Source of the DNA: a virus
IMG/VR virus record: IMGVR_UViG_3300020202_000002
Span: 1 to 64,000 of that record
Reading direction: 5' to 3' (one strand)
DNA: 64,000 nucleotides
Shown in pieces: positions 17,532 through 26,540 of this stretch. Under the pieces are notes generated by a model. The model searched no databases. It had not been told where the DNA came from and worked only from the letters and a program-made list of their open reading frames with translations. The translations under genes and the position numbers were made by a program. Position 1 is the first letter of the stretch; each line of letters opens with the position of its first letter.

Positions 17532-18041
17532 ATGAAGTTTCGGATTTTGATCGGTCGCCACATCGACGAGCAGGGACGCCTCTACGAAGGCCCCTTGCCA
17601 CCGCGCGGAGTTCCTGGCTCGCCGGACTACAGGCCAGGCAAAGAAGGCGATGTGATCGACACCACGCTTGATCTCGTTACCCGCTTCAACCAACCCAATT
17701 CGATCAAATTCGCCCAGGTCGACGAACTGACTCCGGCGAAGTACGAGGACCCGGCAAAGACCGGTGCCAACGAAGCGGCCTACCTGGAGAAGCAACTGGC
17801 TTCCGTGCAGGAGCGTCTCAACGCCGCCAGGGCTCGCGCAACGCCCGCACCTGTTCCCGATGCGGCGATTACCGACGCTGGCAGCACGGCTACGGCGGTC
17901 GCGGATCGTCCCAAGGTGCACGACAACATGAGCCTGAACGATCTTCGCCGCATGGCGCAAGCCGAGGAGATCGACGTGCCGGCCGACTGCGCCAACGACC
18001 GGAAGAAGTTGCTTGCGCATTTGCGATCGAAGGGCTTCTGA
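17532..18041 (+). CDS. post-capsid protein with C-terminal HeH/Rho-N-like motif
   Basis: NMSLNDLRRMAQAEEIDV...RKKLLAHLR; GAGGAG RBS. Confidence 0.6.
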   Translation: MKFRILIGRHIDEQGRLYEGPLPPRGVPGSPDYRPGKEGDVIDTTLDLVTRFNQPNSIKFAQVDELTPAKYEDPAKTGANEAAYLEKQLASVQERLNAARARATPAPVPDAAITDAGSTATAVADRPKVHDNMSLNDLRRMAQAEEIDVPADCANDRKKLLAHLRSKGF

Positions 18042-18098
18042 TCCACAGTGGTGGCCGCAGCTCGCCCCAGCGTCCGGCTGCCACACTGAGGATGGGTG

Positions 18099-18392
18099 AT
18101 GAATGAACACGTCTACGAGCAAATCAGCTGGATCGGTGCCATCATCGTTGCGCTAGGTGGGGGTACCGGCGTAGGCGCAATCATCAAAACCGTATGGGAC
18201 AAGTGGCGTGACTCGAACCGCGACGCCCACAAAGCGAAACGAGAAAACCGCGATGCCGTGATCAAGGAATGGGAGCGGCTGACGGACAGGTTGGGAGAGC
18301 GGATTCAAGAACTTGAAGCGCAACTGGAGCGGGCGCAGGACAAGATCACCGCCATCATCCTGGAGAACGCTCGGCTGAAAGGTGACGAATGA
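18099..18392 (+). CDS. single-TM coiled-coil protein (holin-like candidate)
   Basis: WIGAIIVALGGGTGVGAII then a coiled coil. Confidence 0.5.
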   Translation: MNEHVYEQISWIGAIIVALGGGTGVGAIIKTVWDKWRDSNRDAHKAKRENRDAVIKEWERLTDRLGERIQELEAQLERAQDKITAIILENARLKGDE

Positions 18393-18865
18393 CTCGGAAG
18401 CTGGACCGAGTTCTGGTCGTGGAAGACGAGAAGGAGGCAGCCGTCCTTCTCCGCGAGGTCATGGCCGAGGCTTACGAAGTCGCGACCGCCGGCACCATTG
18501 CCGAGGGTTTGACCAAGATGGAAGGAGTTCACGCCATCTTGCTTGACCTCAGGCTTCCCAATGGTCAAGGCTGTGCCGTCATCAGAAGTTTCCACGAACC
18601 CCACCCGAACGTTCCCATCGTTGTTCTGACCGGCTGCGATGTGAACGAGCCTGAGGCGAAAGCTGCCGGCGCTCGACGTATCCTGCGAAAGCCTCAAGAG
18701 TCGCTGGCGGTGATTGGCGCTCTGCACATGGCCATCGCTGGTCCGCAGGCTGCAGAGTCGGCCGCGCGGAAGGCCAAAGAGATGATGGAGCCCGCGCTGG
18801 CAACCGTGCAGGAAATCAAGTCCACGCAGGAATCGCTGGCCAGCACGGGGAAAGAGGGAAAGTAA
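18389..18865 (+). CDS. stand-alone response regulator receiver (CheY-like)
   Basis: VLVVEDE, ILLDLRLP phospho-acceptor, IVVLTG and LRKP all intact. Confidence 0.9.
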   Translation: MTRKLDRVLVVEDEKEAAVLLREVMAEAYEVATAGTIAEGLTKMEGVHAILLDLRLPNGQGCAVIRSFHEPHPNVPIVVLTGCDVNEPEAKAAGARRILRKPQESLAVIGALHMAIAGPQAAESAARKAKEMMEPALATVQEIKSTQESLASTGKEGK

Positions 18866-20649
18866 TGCGTGGCGTCGTCGCGGCAATCTGTTCGCTCATC
18901 TTCGCTGCGCCTCTTCTGGCGCAGGAACCCGTTAAGATCACGCGCCTACCCGGTCCGAATGAGGCCCTTGCGCTGGCCAAGGCCGACGCCGACACGCTGC
19001 CGCGCGAAATCTGCTGGTGCGCGCGCTACATCTGGATAACCTCAGGCGATATCGACGACGCCCGCGCCATCTCGGACGCCATCAACCGCGTGTCGCGCTC
19101 GGCGCGCATCTACCGGCCGGTTTTGATCGGTAAAGACAAGCTGCTGGTGGCTCGTGTCGAACTGCACAAGTATGCCCTGACCGACAGCGATTTGCAGGAA
19201 CTGACTGCGCTCTGGGAGGAGCTGCAATTCGATCCGGCGCTGAGCTTCTTCATCACGAAGGGCATGATCCGCCTGGCGCTCGAGCGTGAGTTGCCGCTGA
19301 AGGGTCACGGCACGGTCAAGCGGTGGATGGAGATTGCCGGCAAGAAACGGCTGATCAAAAAACGAGAGGCGTTCGACATCACCATTGACGCCGAGAACAT
19401 CGAACTGATCCGCACGCCTGATCCTGAACTGGACCCGGACCTGCTGGCGTCTCTCGTGGAACTGACTGGCTCGAATGCGCCGCTGGTGACGGACCGATAC
19501 TTCCTGGCCCGCGTCATGGCGACGATCCAGGGCAAACAGACGACATACAAGGAAATCTTCGGTGGGCTGTACTACCAGTTCGCGGGAATCAAGCGCGGCT
19601 TCAAGAAGGGAACGGATGAGGACAACTTCCTCGAATCGCTGGGCATCGGCAACGTCGCTCAGGGTGTGACGGCCAAGCAGGTTTTCGACAAGATCCCGTC
19701 GAACCAGAAAGTCGGCGTGGCTCACTCCCGTTTGCACGGCCGCCCGCGCATCGTGGAATACTTGCCCACGATCGCCGCTGAAGTCGGGCAGGCGGAAGGC
19801 TTGGCCGTGTTCACGCTGGACGGGTTCGACGAGGACATAGACGTTGACGAGAACCCGCTCGACAACCTGGCCAACTTCAAGGCCCGCGCGAAGGAGTGCA
19901 TCTACATCCGGTTGAACGGTATGCACGGCTACGCCCTGTTCGACGAGCAAGGAGCACTGGCCGACGAAGTGCCGTTCAACGTTGCGAACGACAGGAACAT
20001 CACGCAGCCGCGCACGATGCGATTGCAAGCGGCGGTTTCCTGCATCGGCTGCCATGAGGCCATGGGACAAGATGGCTGGCACCCGATCACCAACGACGTG
20101 GCGAAACTCGACGCGATCGGCCTGTTCCCGTTCGGCATCTCGCGGCTGAGCCGCCAAGAGCGCGAGAAACTGCGAGCCCAGTTCACCGGCAACCCTGAGC
20201 GGGCGCTGCAGAGGTCGCGGGACGACTTCAGTCTCTCGGTATTCCGCTGTACCACCGGCGAAGGGTATGGCCTGTGGAAGCAGTCGAAGACGCAGACCGA
20301 CGTGGTGAAGCTGAGCGCCGAACGCATCGCCAACGGCTGGCGGTCGTACTTCTACGACGCCGTGGGCGCACGGCAGGCGCTGTTGGAGTGCCGCATCCGA
20401 GTCGAAGCCAAGGACGCCGACGAAGAGGCAAAGAAGGCGCAGGCTCTCGTCAAGCAACTGATGGAAGCCACGATCCCGCCGATTACGCCCCTGCACCACC
20501 TGGGCGACCTGGTTGTCCAGGAAAGCAGGCCGATCGCGCATCTGGTGGCGGGAACGCCGATCACGCGAACCGATTGGGCGCTGGCGCGTCCGGTGTTTGC
20601 GGAGCGCGTGCGCAGGGCCATGAAGGTGATGTTCAAGGAGAGCAAATGA
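18865..20649 (+). CDS. secreted protein with a single CxxCH heme-c motif
   Basis: signal peptide ending PLLA-QE; SCIGCHE. Confidence 0.7.
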   Translation: MRGVVAAICSLIFAAPLLAQEPVKITRLPGPNEALALAKADADTLPREICWCARYIWITSGDIDDARAISDAINRVSRSARIYRPVLIGKDKLLVARVELHKYALTDSDLQELTALWEELQFDPALSFFITKGMIRLALERELPLKGHGTVKRWMEIAGKKRLIKKREAFDITIDAENIELIRTPDPELDPDLLASLVELTGSNAPLVTDRYFLARVMATIQGKQTTYKEIFGGLYYQFAGIKRGFKKGTDEDNFLESLGIGNVAQGVTAKQVFDKIPSNQKVGVAHSRLHGRPRIVEYLPTIAAEVGQAEGLAVFTLDGFDEDIDVDENPLDNLANFKARAKECIYIRLNGMHGYALFDEQGALADEVPFNVANDRNITQPRTMRLQAAVSCIGCHEAMGQDGWHPITNDVAKLDAIGLFPFGISRLSRQEREKLRAQFTGNPERALQRSRDDFSLSVFRCTTGEGYGLWKQSKTQTDVVKLSAERIANGWRSYFYDAVGARQALLECRIRVEAKDADEEAKKAQALVKQLMEATIPPITPLHHLGDLVVQESRPIAHLVAGTPITRTDWALARPVFAERVRRAMKVMFKESK

Positions 20650-20879
20650 CTTCGATTCTGCTGACAGTCCTCGGCACTGTCGTCATCGCAATGCTGGCCC
20701 GCGGATTGGCCAGCCTTGACGGTGCCGATTGGGGTGCAGTGGTTCTGGTCGCCGCCATTGGTCTGGTGGCGGTGCTGGTCGGCATGGCGTGGCTGGACAA
20801 CAACGTGGATGGCCTTCGTGCGGCTGGCGACCAAGGCGGGGTGGACAGCCGCTCGGCCTATATTCACGACAGTCGGTGA
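20646..20879 (+). CDS. two-TM small membrane protein (holin-like candidate)
   Basis: two hydrophobic helices; ATGA coupling. Confidence 0.5.
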   Translation: MTSILLTVLGTVVIAMLARGLASLDGADWGAVVLVAAIGLVAVLVGMAWLDNNVDGLRAAGDQGGVDSRSAYIHDSR

Positions 20880-20895
20880 TGTTCAAGGAGAAGAG

Positions 20896-21192
20896 ATGAC
20901 TAAGTTCCGCAAGAAACCTGTTGTGATCGAAGCTGTGCGTTGGACGGGGCGAGAAGCCGATTTGCCGTCCGTGCTTTCTCTTGTGAACTTCGACAAACTC
21001 CCGAACAATGGCCCCGAGATCAAGCCTGGCATTGGCTTCACGCCGCCACTTGGAACACTCGACATCCCCACCCTCGAAGGGACGATGACGGCTCAGCCTG
21101 GCGACTGGATCATTCGCGGTGTGAAGGGCGAGATTTACCCGTGCAAGCCCGACATTTTCGAGGCGACCTACGAGCCAGTGGAGACACCGTGA
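20896..21192 (+). CDS. conserved phage protein (KKPVVIEA / PGDWII family)
   Basis: KFRKKPVVIEA...IPTLEG.M.A.PGDWIIRGVKGE.YPCKPDIFEATYE. Confidence 0.85.
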   Translation: MTKFRKKPVVIEAVRWTGREADLPSVLSLVNFDKLPNNGPEIKPGIGFTPPLGTLDIPTLEGTMTAQPGDWIIRGVKGEIYPCKPDIFEATYEPVETP

Positions 21193-21287
21193 CCCCGCTA
21201 GTCATCCAAATTGCCTGGGGAGTATTCGCCGCAGTCGTCGTTGGCTGTGTGATCGAGCTGCTGCTGTATCTGGGAGAATCGAAATGA
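21189..21287 (+). CDS. 32-aa single-TM peptide
   Basis: GTGA/ATGA coupling on both sides; hydrophobic. Confidence 0.4.
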   Translation: MTPLVIQIAWGVFAAVVVGCVIELLLYLGESK

Positions 21288-22222
21288 GGACGTTCGCCTC
21301 GATCCTGCTCTTGTTCGCGGCCGGTGTCGCTTTCGCCGACGACGGTTACGTCCCCGTGGGCAACGGCATCTACCGCTACGGCAACGGGTCCGGCTACTAC
21401 AGGCGCAGCTACGTTCAGCCGTGCTACACCTGTGGACGGTATACCCCAGGCTACTTTCTCTACCAGCAGGTTGACTACACGCCGCCCGCTGCGAAGCCGC
21501 CCGAGCCCACGGACGACGACTTCGACACGAAGGTCATCGATTACCTGAGCCTCGAAGCGAAGCTGGCCCAACGTGCTGAGGTGATCAAAGCGCTCGCCTC
21601 GCGCCTGCCCGCGCGATCGCCGGTTCAATACGGGTACAACCTGACCGGCCAGAGCACGACGTACTACGGCGCTGTCCACGCCTACCAGCCGCCGCAAGCC
21701 CAACTGATCAACCCGAACGAGGCTTTGCACCAGTACGGGCGCATCGTGGAGAACGTGCAGACGGCGGGACGCGAAGCCGTGCAGGGTTTCGCCGGCGTCA
21801 CGGCCAACGTCACTGCGGAATCGACGAAGGCGGCACAGATCGCAGCGGCGCTGCACGGCGCGGCTCAGGTGGTCAAAGCCACGCAGGAAACCAAGGTACG
21901 AACGGAGCAGTTCCAGCTTCAGAGCGGTCCGGCCGATTTGCCACCGAAGCAGTTCGGACAAGGGAACGCCTGGGCCGCGAGCGCCCAGCGGTGCATCGCG
22001 TGTCACAGCGGAGCGAAGAAGGAAGGCGGCTTCGACGTGTCGACGTTCCCGACGATGGATGCGGAAGGCCAGCTAGGGGTGTTCAGGCGTCTCATGGAAA
22101 ACAAGCCTGGCAAACCGCGAATGCCGCTAAACGCAGATCGTTCGCCTGGGCAACTGCCCCCCAACGAACTGCACCTATGGATTCCCAAGCAGCCGGATGC
22201 CCAGCAGGCACCGGCGAAGTGA
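21284..22222 (+). CDS. secreted protein with C-terminal planctomycete-type cytochrome c domain
   Basis: signal peptide ending VAFA-DD; RCIACHSG...GGFDVS...RMP (distal Met). Confidence 0.75.
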   Translation: MRTFASILLLFAAGVAFADDGYVPVGNGIYRYGNGSGYYRRSYVQPCYTCGRYTPGYFLYQQVDYTPPAAKPPEPTDDDFDTKVIDYLSLEAKLAQRAEVIKALASRLPARSPVQYGYNLTGQSTTYYGAVHAYQPPQAQLINPNEALHQYGRIVENVQTAGREAVQGFAGVTANVTAESTKAAQIAAALHGAAQVVKATQETKVRTEQFQLQSGPADLPPKQFGQGNAWAASAQRCIACHSGAKKEGGFDVSTFPTMDAEGQLGVFRRLMENKPGKPRMPLNADRSPGQLPPNELHLWIPKQPDAQQAPAK

Positions 22223-22371
22223 ATGGTGCGACCGGGAATAAGGGGCTCCAGTACCGCACGCGAAGAGTGACCCTGAAAGACCCACAGGTGTAAGAGCGAA
22301 AGCCAAACACCGGTTGAAGCTCATAAGCGTGCCTTGGGTCGTACCTGGCTTTCTTTAACAAGGAGTTCGAC

Positions 22372-22539
22372 ATGAAGAAGTTTCTCGCTCTCGTTCTTGG
22401 CCTTGGCCTGCTCGCCGTATGCAGCGGTGACGCTGACGCCCGCGTGCGACGTGCCAAGGTGGTGGTCCGCCAGCAGGTGGTTCGCCAGGCCGTTGTGGTC
22501 GCGCCGGCCCGCACGGTGGTTCGCATCCGCACTCGCTGA
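22372..22539 (+). CDS. small secreted Arg/Val-rich peptide
   Basis: translated by hand: MKKFLALVLGLGLLAVCSGDADA-RVRRAKVVVRQQVVRQAVVVAPARTVVRIRTR; AAGGAG RBS. Confidence 0.6.
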   Translation: MKKFLALVLGLGLLAVCSGDADARVRRAKVVVRQQVVRQAVVVAPARTVVRIRTR

Positions 22540-22629
22540 GACAGGCAAGGCGATCGGCGTGGGGCTGATCGTCGTCTCGGTTCTCTGGCTCTGGCTCACT
22601 GCTGAGCCGTTCGTTTACTCGGAGGAACC

Positions 22630-22944
22630 ATGAAGAGGCTGATTCTCGCCGCTCTGCTGTGCCTGGCATTCGCGGGCAACGCATCGGCTCAGTTCGTTGA
22701 CGTGAGCGTGGGACGGCGGGTCTTCGCACCCCGCGTGTTCGTTCCTCGCGTCTTCGCCCCGCGCGTATTCGCGCCGCCGATCTACTCGGCCCCCGTGTTC
22801 TCCGCGCCCGTCTACTCGGCTCCGACGTTCGCCGATCCGTGCAGTGTGCCCCTGGGCACCTACAGCACGTTCTCGGTCCCGGTGTACTCCGCGCCGGCTT
22901 TCGTGCCGTTCCGCGCGTTCGGCACCACGATCATCGTGCGCTAG
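22630..22944 (+). CDS. small secreted protein with RVFAP/VYSAP pentapeptide repeats
   Basis: signal peptide ending ASA-QF; RVF[AV]P x4; [VI][YF]SAP repeats; GGAGG RBS. Confidence 0.7.
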   Translation: MKRLILAALLCLAFAGNASAQFVDVSVGRRVFAPRVFVPRVFAPRVFAPPIYSAPVFSAPVYSAPTFADPCSVPLGTYSTFSVPVYSAPAFVPFRAFGTTIIVR

Positions 22945-22978
22945 CGGCCTCAGACCACCCCAAGGCCGCTACCTGGGC

Positions 22979-23012
22979 CTCCCCGGCTGGCTTTCGTCAG
23001 TCGGGGAGTTTT
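22979..23012 (+). terminator. rho-independent terminator candidate
   Basis: CTCCCCGGCTGGC-TTTC-GTCAGTCGGGGAG followed by TTTT. Confidence 0.55.
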
Positions 23013-23023
23013 AAGGAACAGAG

Positions 23024-23947
23024 ATGGCGAAGCGACGACAATTCATTCCCTGCACCGCGAAGGACACGCTTCCGACACCGGAACTGCGACTGCTCGCCGC
23101 CCAAAAGGCAGTCGAGGTCAACCCGGCCAACGCCGCGCCTGAGTTCGGCCTGCAACGCGCCATGGGACTTACGATGTCGGCCCTTGGCGCCGTCACCGAA
23201 CATGTGGCAGCGACCGCCGAACATTTGGCTCTCATAACCTCGAAGTGGTGGGGGCCGAAGGTGCGCCTCACCGTGTCGTTCATGGACACGAACGACCAAG
23301 CTCTCATCCAAATGATCCTGTCGCACCTGAATGCCTGGGGGCAGTACGGCGACATCGTGTTCTCCTGGACTCAACGCAATGGACAGGTGCGGATCGCTCG
23401 CGACCGACCGGAGAACTGGTCATTCATGGGGACGGACATCCTCGCGATCCCTCCGAACCAACCAACGATGATGCTGGGTGGTATGACGCTGAAAACGCCT
23501 GAGAGAGAACGAAGGCGAGTGATACGTCACGAAGCTGGTCACACCCTCGCATTCCCCCACGAACACTGTTTGCCGGAGATCATCGCCAAGATCGACCCGG
23601 CCAAAGCCATCCCCAAATTCATGCGGGAACAAGGATGGACGGCTCAGGAAGTTAAGAATCAAGTGCTCACGCCGCCCGATCCTCGCCACCTGCGAATGAC
23701 GGTGCACGCGAACCAGAACGGCATAATGTGCTACCGCATTACGGGAGACATCACATACGACGGCAAAGACATTCCAGGTGGCGAGGATATCGACGCCATC
23801 GACGGAGAGTTTTGCGGCAAGCAGTACCCGCTGACCGTGCCGCCATCGCCGCCAGTTTCCCTTGACGGCATCACGTTCGCCATAGCCACCGACCTTATCA
23901 CCGTCACGGCCCCGGCCAAGTACAAGACGAAACGAATCACAACCTGA
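23024..23947 (+). CDS. zinc metallopeptidase (metzincin, M12A/astacin-like)
   Basis: HEAGHTLAFPHEH; Met-turn IMCY; WSFMGTDIL.IP..QPTM. Confidence 0.85.
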   Translation: MAKRRQFIPCTAKDTLPTPELRLLAAQKAVEVNPANAAPEFGLQRAMGLTMSALGAVTEHVAATAEHLALITSKWWGPKVRLTVSFMDTNDQALIQMILSHLNAWGQYGDIVFSWTQRNGQVRIARDRPENWSFMGTDILAIPPNQPTMMLGGMTLKTPERERRRVIRHEAGHTLAFPHEHCLPEIIAKIDPAKAIPKFMREQGWTAQEVKNQVLTPPDPRHLRMTVHANQNGIMCYRITGDITYDGKDIPGGEDIDAIDGEFCGKQYPLTVPPSPPVSLDGITFAIATDLITVTAPAKYKTKRITT

Positions 23948-23958
23948 AAGGATTGATC

Positions 23959-24264
23959 ATGAACCAAGAAGCCCTCAACATCTGCGCCCACGAGCTGGAA
24001 GAACTGCACGCCCACTTCCAGCCCCCCGAAGGAGCGCAGGCCGCGCCCGACGTATTCGGCTTGCTGAAGTTCATCCGCGACCTGACCGCTGCCATCAAGG
24101 CCGGCGACTACTGGGCCATCTTCGAAGCCGTGTACGAGATCATGGGCCAGTTCCGCAGAAAGCCCGAAACGGATGGGGGTGTTGCGTTCGCTCTGGGTGA
24201 TGGGACCTTGCGAAAGAAGCTGCTGGCGATCATCGCCAAGATCCTGGCCAGCCTGGGAGAGTAA
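23959..24264 (+). CDS. hypothetical protein
   Basis: AAGGA RBS; amphipathic C-terminus LLAIIAKILASL. Confidence 0.55.
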   Translation: MNQEALNICAHELEELHAHFQPPEGAQAAPDVFGLLKFIRDLTAAIKAGDYWAIFEAVYEIMGQFRRKPETDGGVAFALGDGTLRKKLLAIIAKILASLGE

Positions 24265-24353
24265 GCCAGCCTCGGTCCCCCGGCCGAGTCCCTGCTTTCC
24301 GCGACGCGCATACTCGGTTCGGGGGATTTTAGCACAAACGAGCGGAGAACACG

Positions 24354-24773
24354 ATGGCGGTCCGAACGACGGCAAATGCGGTCAAGAGTCTTCTGGAGGG
24401 CGACTACGACAAGAAGAACTCACCCAGCCTGACCCGCCACATTTTGTCCGCCTCGAAGATTATCGATCAGGTCGTGATATGCGCCACAAGGAAGGGACAG
24501 TCACACGACGATGAGACGCTTGAGAACTTGGAATGCTGGCTCGCTGCCTACTTCTACACGAAAGTGGACCGCATCCGCTCCAGCCAAAACACCGGCGGAG
24601 CAGGCGGGGCCATCATCCAGGGGACGACGGACCCCGAGCCTTACAAAGCTGCAGTAATGGAACTCGACACGACCGGCTGTCTGGCCGCGCTGCTCAAGGG
24701 TCAGCGCGGCAGCATCGTGTGGCTCGGCAAGACAGCTGGCGAACAACTGACCTACGACCAGAGGAATCCCTGA
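24354..24773 (+). CDS. head-tail adaptor protein
   Basis: LE.WLAAYF and ELDTTGCL pattern; first gene of the neck block. Confidence 0.65.
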   Translation: MAVRTTANAVKSLLEGDYDKKNSPSLTRHILSASKIIDQVVICATRKGQSHDDETLENLECWLAAYFYTKVDRIRSSQNTGGAGGAIIQGTTDPEPYKAAVMELDTTGCLAALLKGQRGSIVWLGKTAGEQLTYDQRNP

Positions 24774-25162
24774 TGCCACCGATCGAGCGTGACAGTCGGG
24801 CCTGGGAGAAGGTGGTGCTCTGGCCGGTCAAGCCAGGAGAGATGACGGAAGACGGCAAACCGGTGCTTGGTGACCCGATCGAGATCGATTGCCAGTGGCA
24901 CGAGGGGCGGAGCGAATCGGGCAGCCCACAACTTGATGGGACCATCGTCGTCGACGCCTGGGGTCTGGTCGATGTGCCAATCGAAATTGGCAGCGGCATC
25001 TGGCGCGGCGAGTTGACCGACTGGCACGGCACTGGACCAGCGGCTGACTCGAATCAGGCCATGCGGGTTTGTGGGTTCCGAGAAACGTGGGACTCGAAAG
25101 GTCGCGAAGCGGAGCGACGTGTCGACATGCGGAGGGCGAACGACCTATGGCCTTCAGCCTGA
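24773..25162 (+). CDS. head closure/stopper protein
   Basis: position; DPIEIDCQW; TGATG coupling. Confidence 0.55.
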   Translation: MPPIERDSRAWEKVVLWPVKPGEMTEDGKPVLGDPIEIDCQWHEGRSESGSPQLDGTIVVDAWGLVDVPIEIGSGIWRGELTDWHGTGPAADSNQAMRVCGFRETWDSKGREAERRVDMRRANDLWPSA

Positions 25163-25515
25163 AGTTCGACAGGGCGAGCGTCGAACGGCTTCGCGCCAAG
25201 CTGTTCAACGACGCCAAGAAGTACCGCGACTGTCCCGCGATCTTCGTCGAGTACACGGCCCCTTATGCGATTTGGGTGCACGAGAAGACCTGGGTGCAGC
25301 ATCGCATCGGGCAGGCAAAGTTCCTTGAGGCGGCGGCCAAGCGTTCGCGCGAGCGCATGAAAAATGCCATCGCGGAGGACTTGAAGGCGGGCAAGAGTTT
25401 TCGGCAGGCCAACCGCAGGGCCGCGCAGATCTTGCTGTACGACAGTTCCCGGCTGGTGCCAGTGGACACAGGCGAGTTGCGGCGAAGCGGACGGGTCCGG
25501 GTGGAGGAAGTCTGA
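25147..25515 (+). CDS. HK97 gp10-like neck protein
   Basis: YTAPYAIWVHE, QAKFLE, VPVDTGELRRSG. Confidence 0.8.
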   Translation: MAFSLKFDRASVERLRAKLFNDAKKYRDCPAIFVEYTAPYAIWVHEKTWVQHRIGQAKFLEAAAKRSRERMKNAIAEDLKAGKSFRQANRRAAQILLYDSSRLVPVDTGELRRSGRVRVEEV

Positions 25516-25979
25516 TGCTGCTCAAGAAGGATACAGCCCGAACACGGGTGTTCAGTTTTGCGAGCGTGACCGGCACGTTGGCCGTCACTGTCTCCAAAGC
25601 TGGAGCCGCATTCGCTTCTCCGTCCGGGACCCTGACGCAGATAACCGGCACCTACTACGCGCTGGCCCTGGCTGCGGGCGACACCAATACGCTCGGCGAT
25701 CTCGCGTACAAGTTCACCGACAACAGCGGCACGATCTTTCCCCACGGCGACACGGTTGACGAGGTGGTGACCGGCATAGTCGGCGAAGGGGCGACCGGGG
25801 CGCTGGAAACCGGCTACAGTTCGGCGGACCTGCTGAAGCTGATATCGGCGGCAACCTTGGGTCGCGTGAGCATCAGTAACAACATCGTGACGATCCGCGA
25901 CGTGAACAACACCGCTGACCGGATTGTGGCGACAGTGGACGACGACGGGCAGCGAACATCGGTGGTGCTGACTCCATGA
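25515..25979 (+). CDS. putative virion structural protein
   Basis: VTVSKAGAAFA; C-terminal RIVATVDDDGQRTSV. Confidence 0.6.
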   Translation: MLLKKDTARTRVFSFASVTGTLAVTVSKAGAAFASPSGTLTQITGTYYALALAAGDTNTLGDLAYKFTDNSGTIFPHGDTVDEVVTGIVGEGATGALETGYSSADLLKLISAATLGRVSISNNIVTIRDVNNTADRIVATVDDDGQRTSVVLTP

Positions 25980-26131
25980 TGCGCGGCAACTACTGGTATC
26001 TGGGCTACTGGAACCGCAGCTACTTCGGCGGTACGTGGCTACGCGCTGGCAGCGCGTTTGGCCCTGCACAACTGGTGTTCGGTATCGGCTATGTTCCCGG
26101 CCTGAAACTGGGGGTGGTGCGTGCCGATTGA
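25976..26131 (+). CDS. small aromatic-rich protein
   Basis: 51 aa translated by hand (MMRGNYWYLGYWNRSYFGGTW...); fills the gap and overlaps both neighbours. Confidence 0.5.
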   Translation: MMRGNYWYLGYWNRSYFGGTWLRAGSAFGPAQLVFGIGYVPGLKLGVVRAD

Positions 26132-26534
26132 TTTCGTCGAATGCCGCTGGCGCGAAAACGGCTCGGCGACCGTCTACGGACTCCTCGTGTCGCGCGACGG
26201 ATCCGGCGCAACCGTCGACGGGCAAGGCCGCTACCTGAAGCGAGCGGACATCTCGTCCATCACCTACGCCGTGTGGGACGACGACAACCTGACGACAGCA
26301 GTGGCGACGGGGATAGTGACCATCAGCAGCAGCGTGTTCGATACGCCCCAGACGAACAGCGACGACCCGATCTGGAAATACAGCCATGGATTCAATTTTC
26401 GCCACGACCTGGGGCCATCTAATTTTCCGACCGGGGACCACACGTACACGGTGGAGTACAAGATCACGGGCGCAGGCGGAACAATCTCGTGGGCGAGGTT
26501 TCGCGGGGTAGCGGCAGAGGTTCTGACGGAGTGA
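26121..26534 (+). CDS. putative virion structural protein
   Basis: beta-rich 137-aa ORF in the neck/tail block. Confidence 0.55.
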   Translation: MPIDFVECRWRENGSATVYGLLVSRDGSGATVDGQGRYLKRADISSITYAVWDDDNLTTAVATGIVTISSSVFDTPQTNSDDPIWKYSHGFNFRHDLGPSNFPTGDHTYTVEYKITGAGGTISWARFRGVAAEVLTE

Positions 26535-26540
26535 TGATGA

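Noticed and set aside
22270-22310. Hammerhead ribozyme
   Set aside because: CTGAAAGA does not fit the CUGANGA core and I could not build the three stems.
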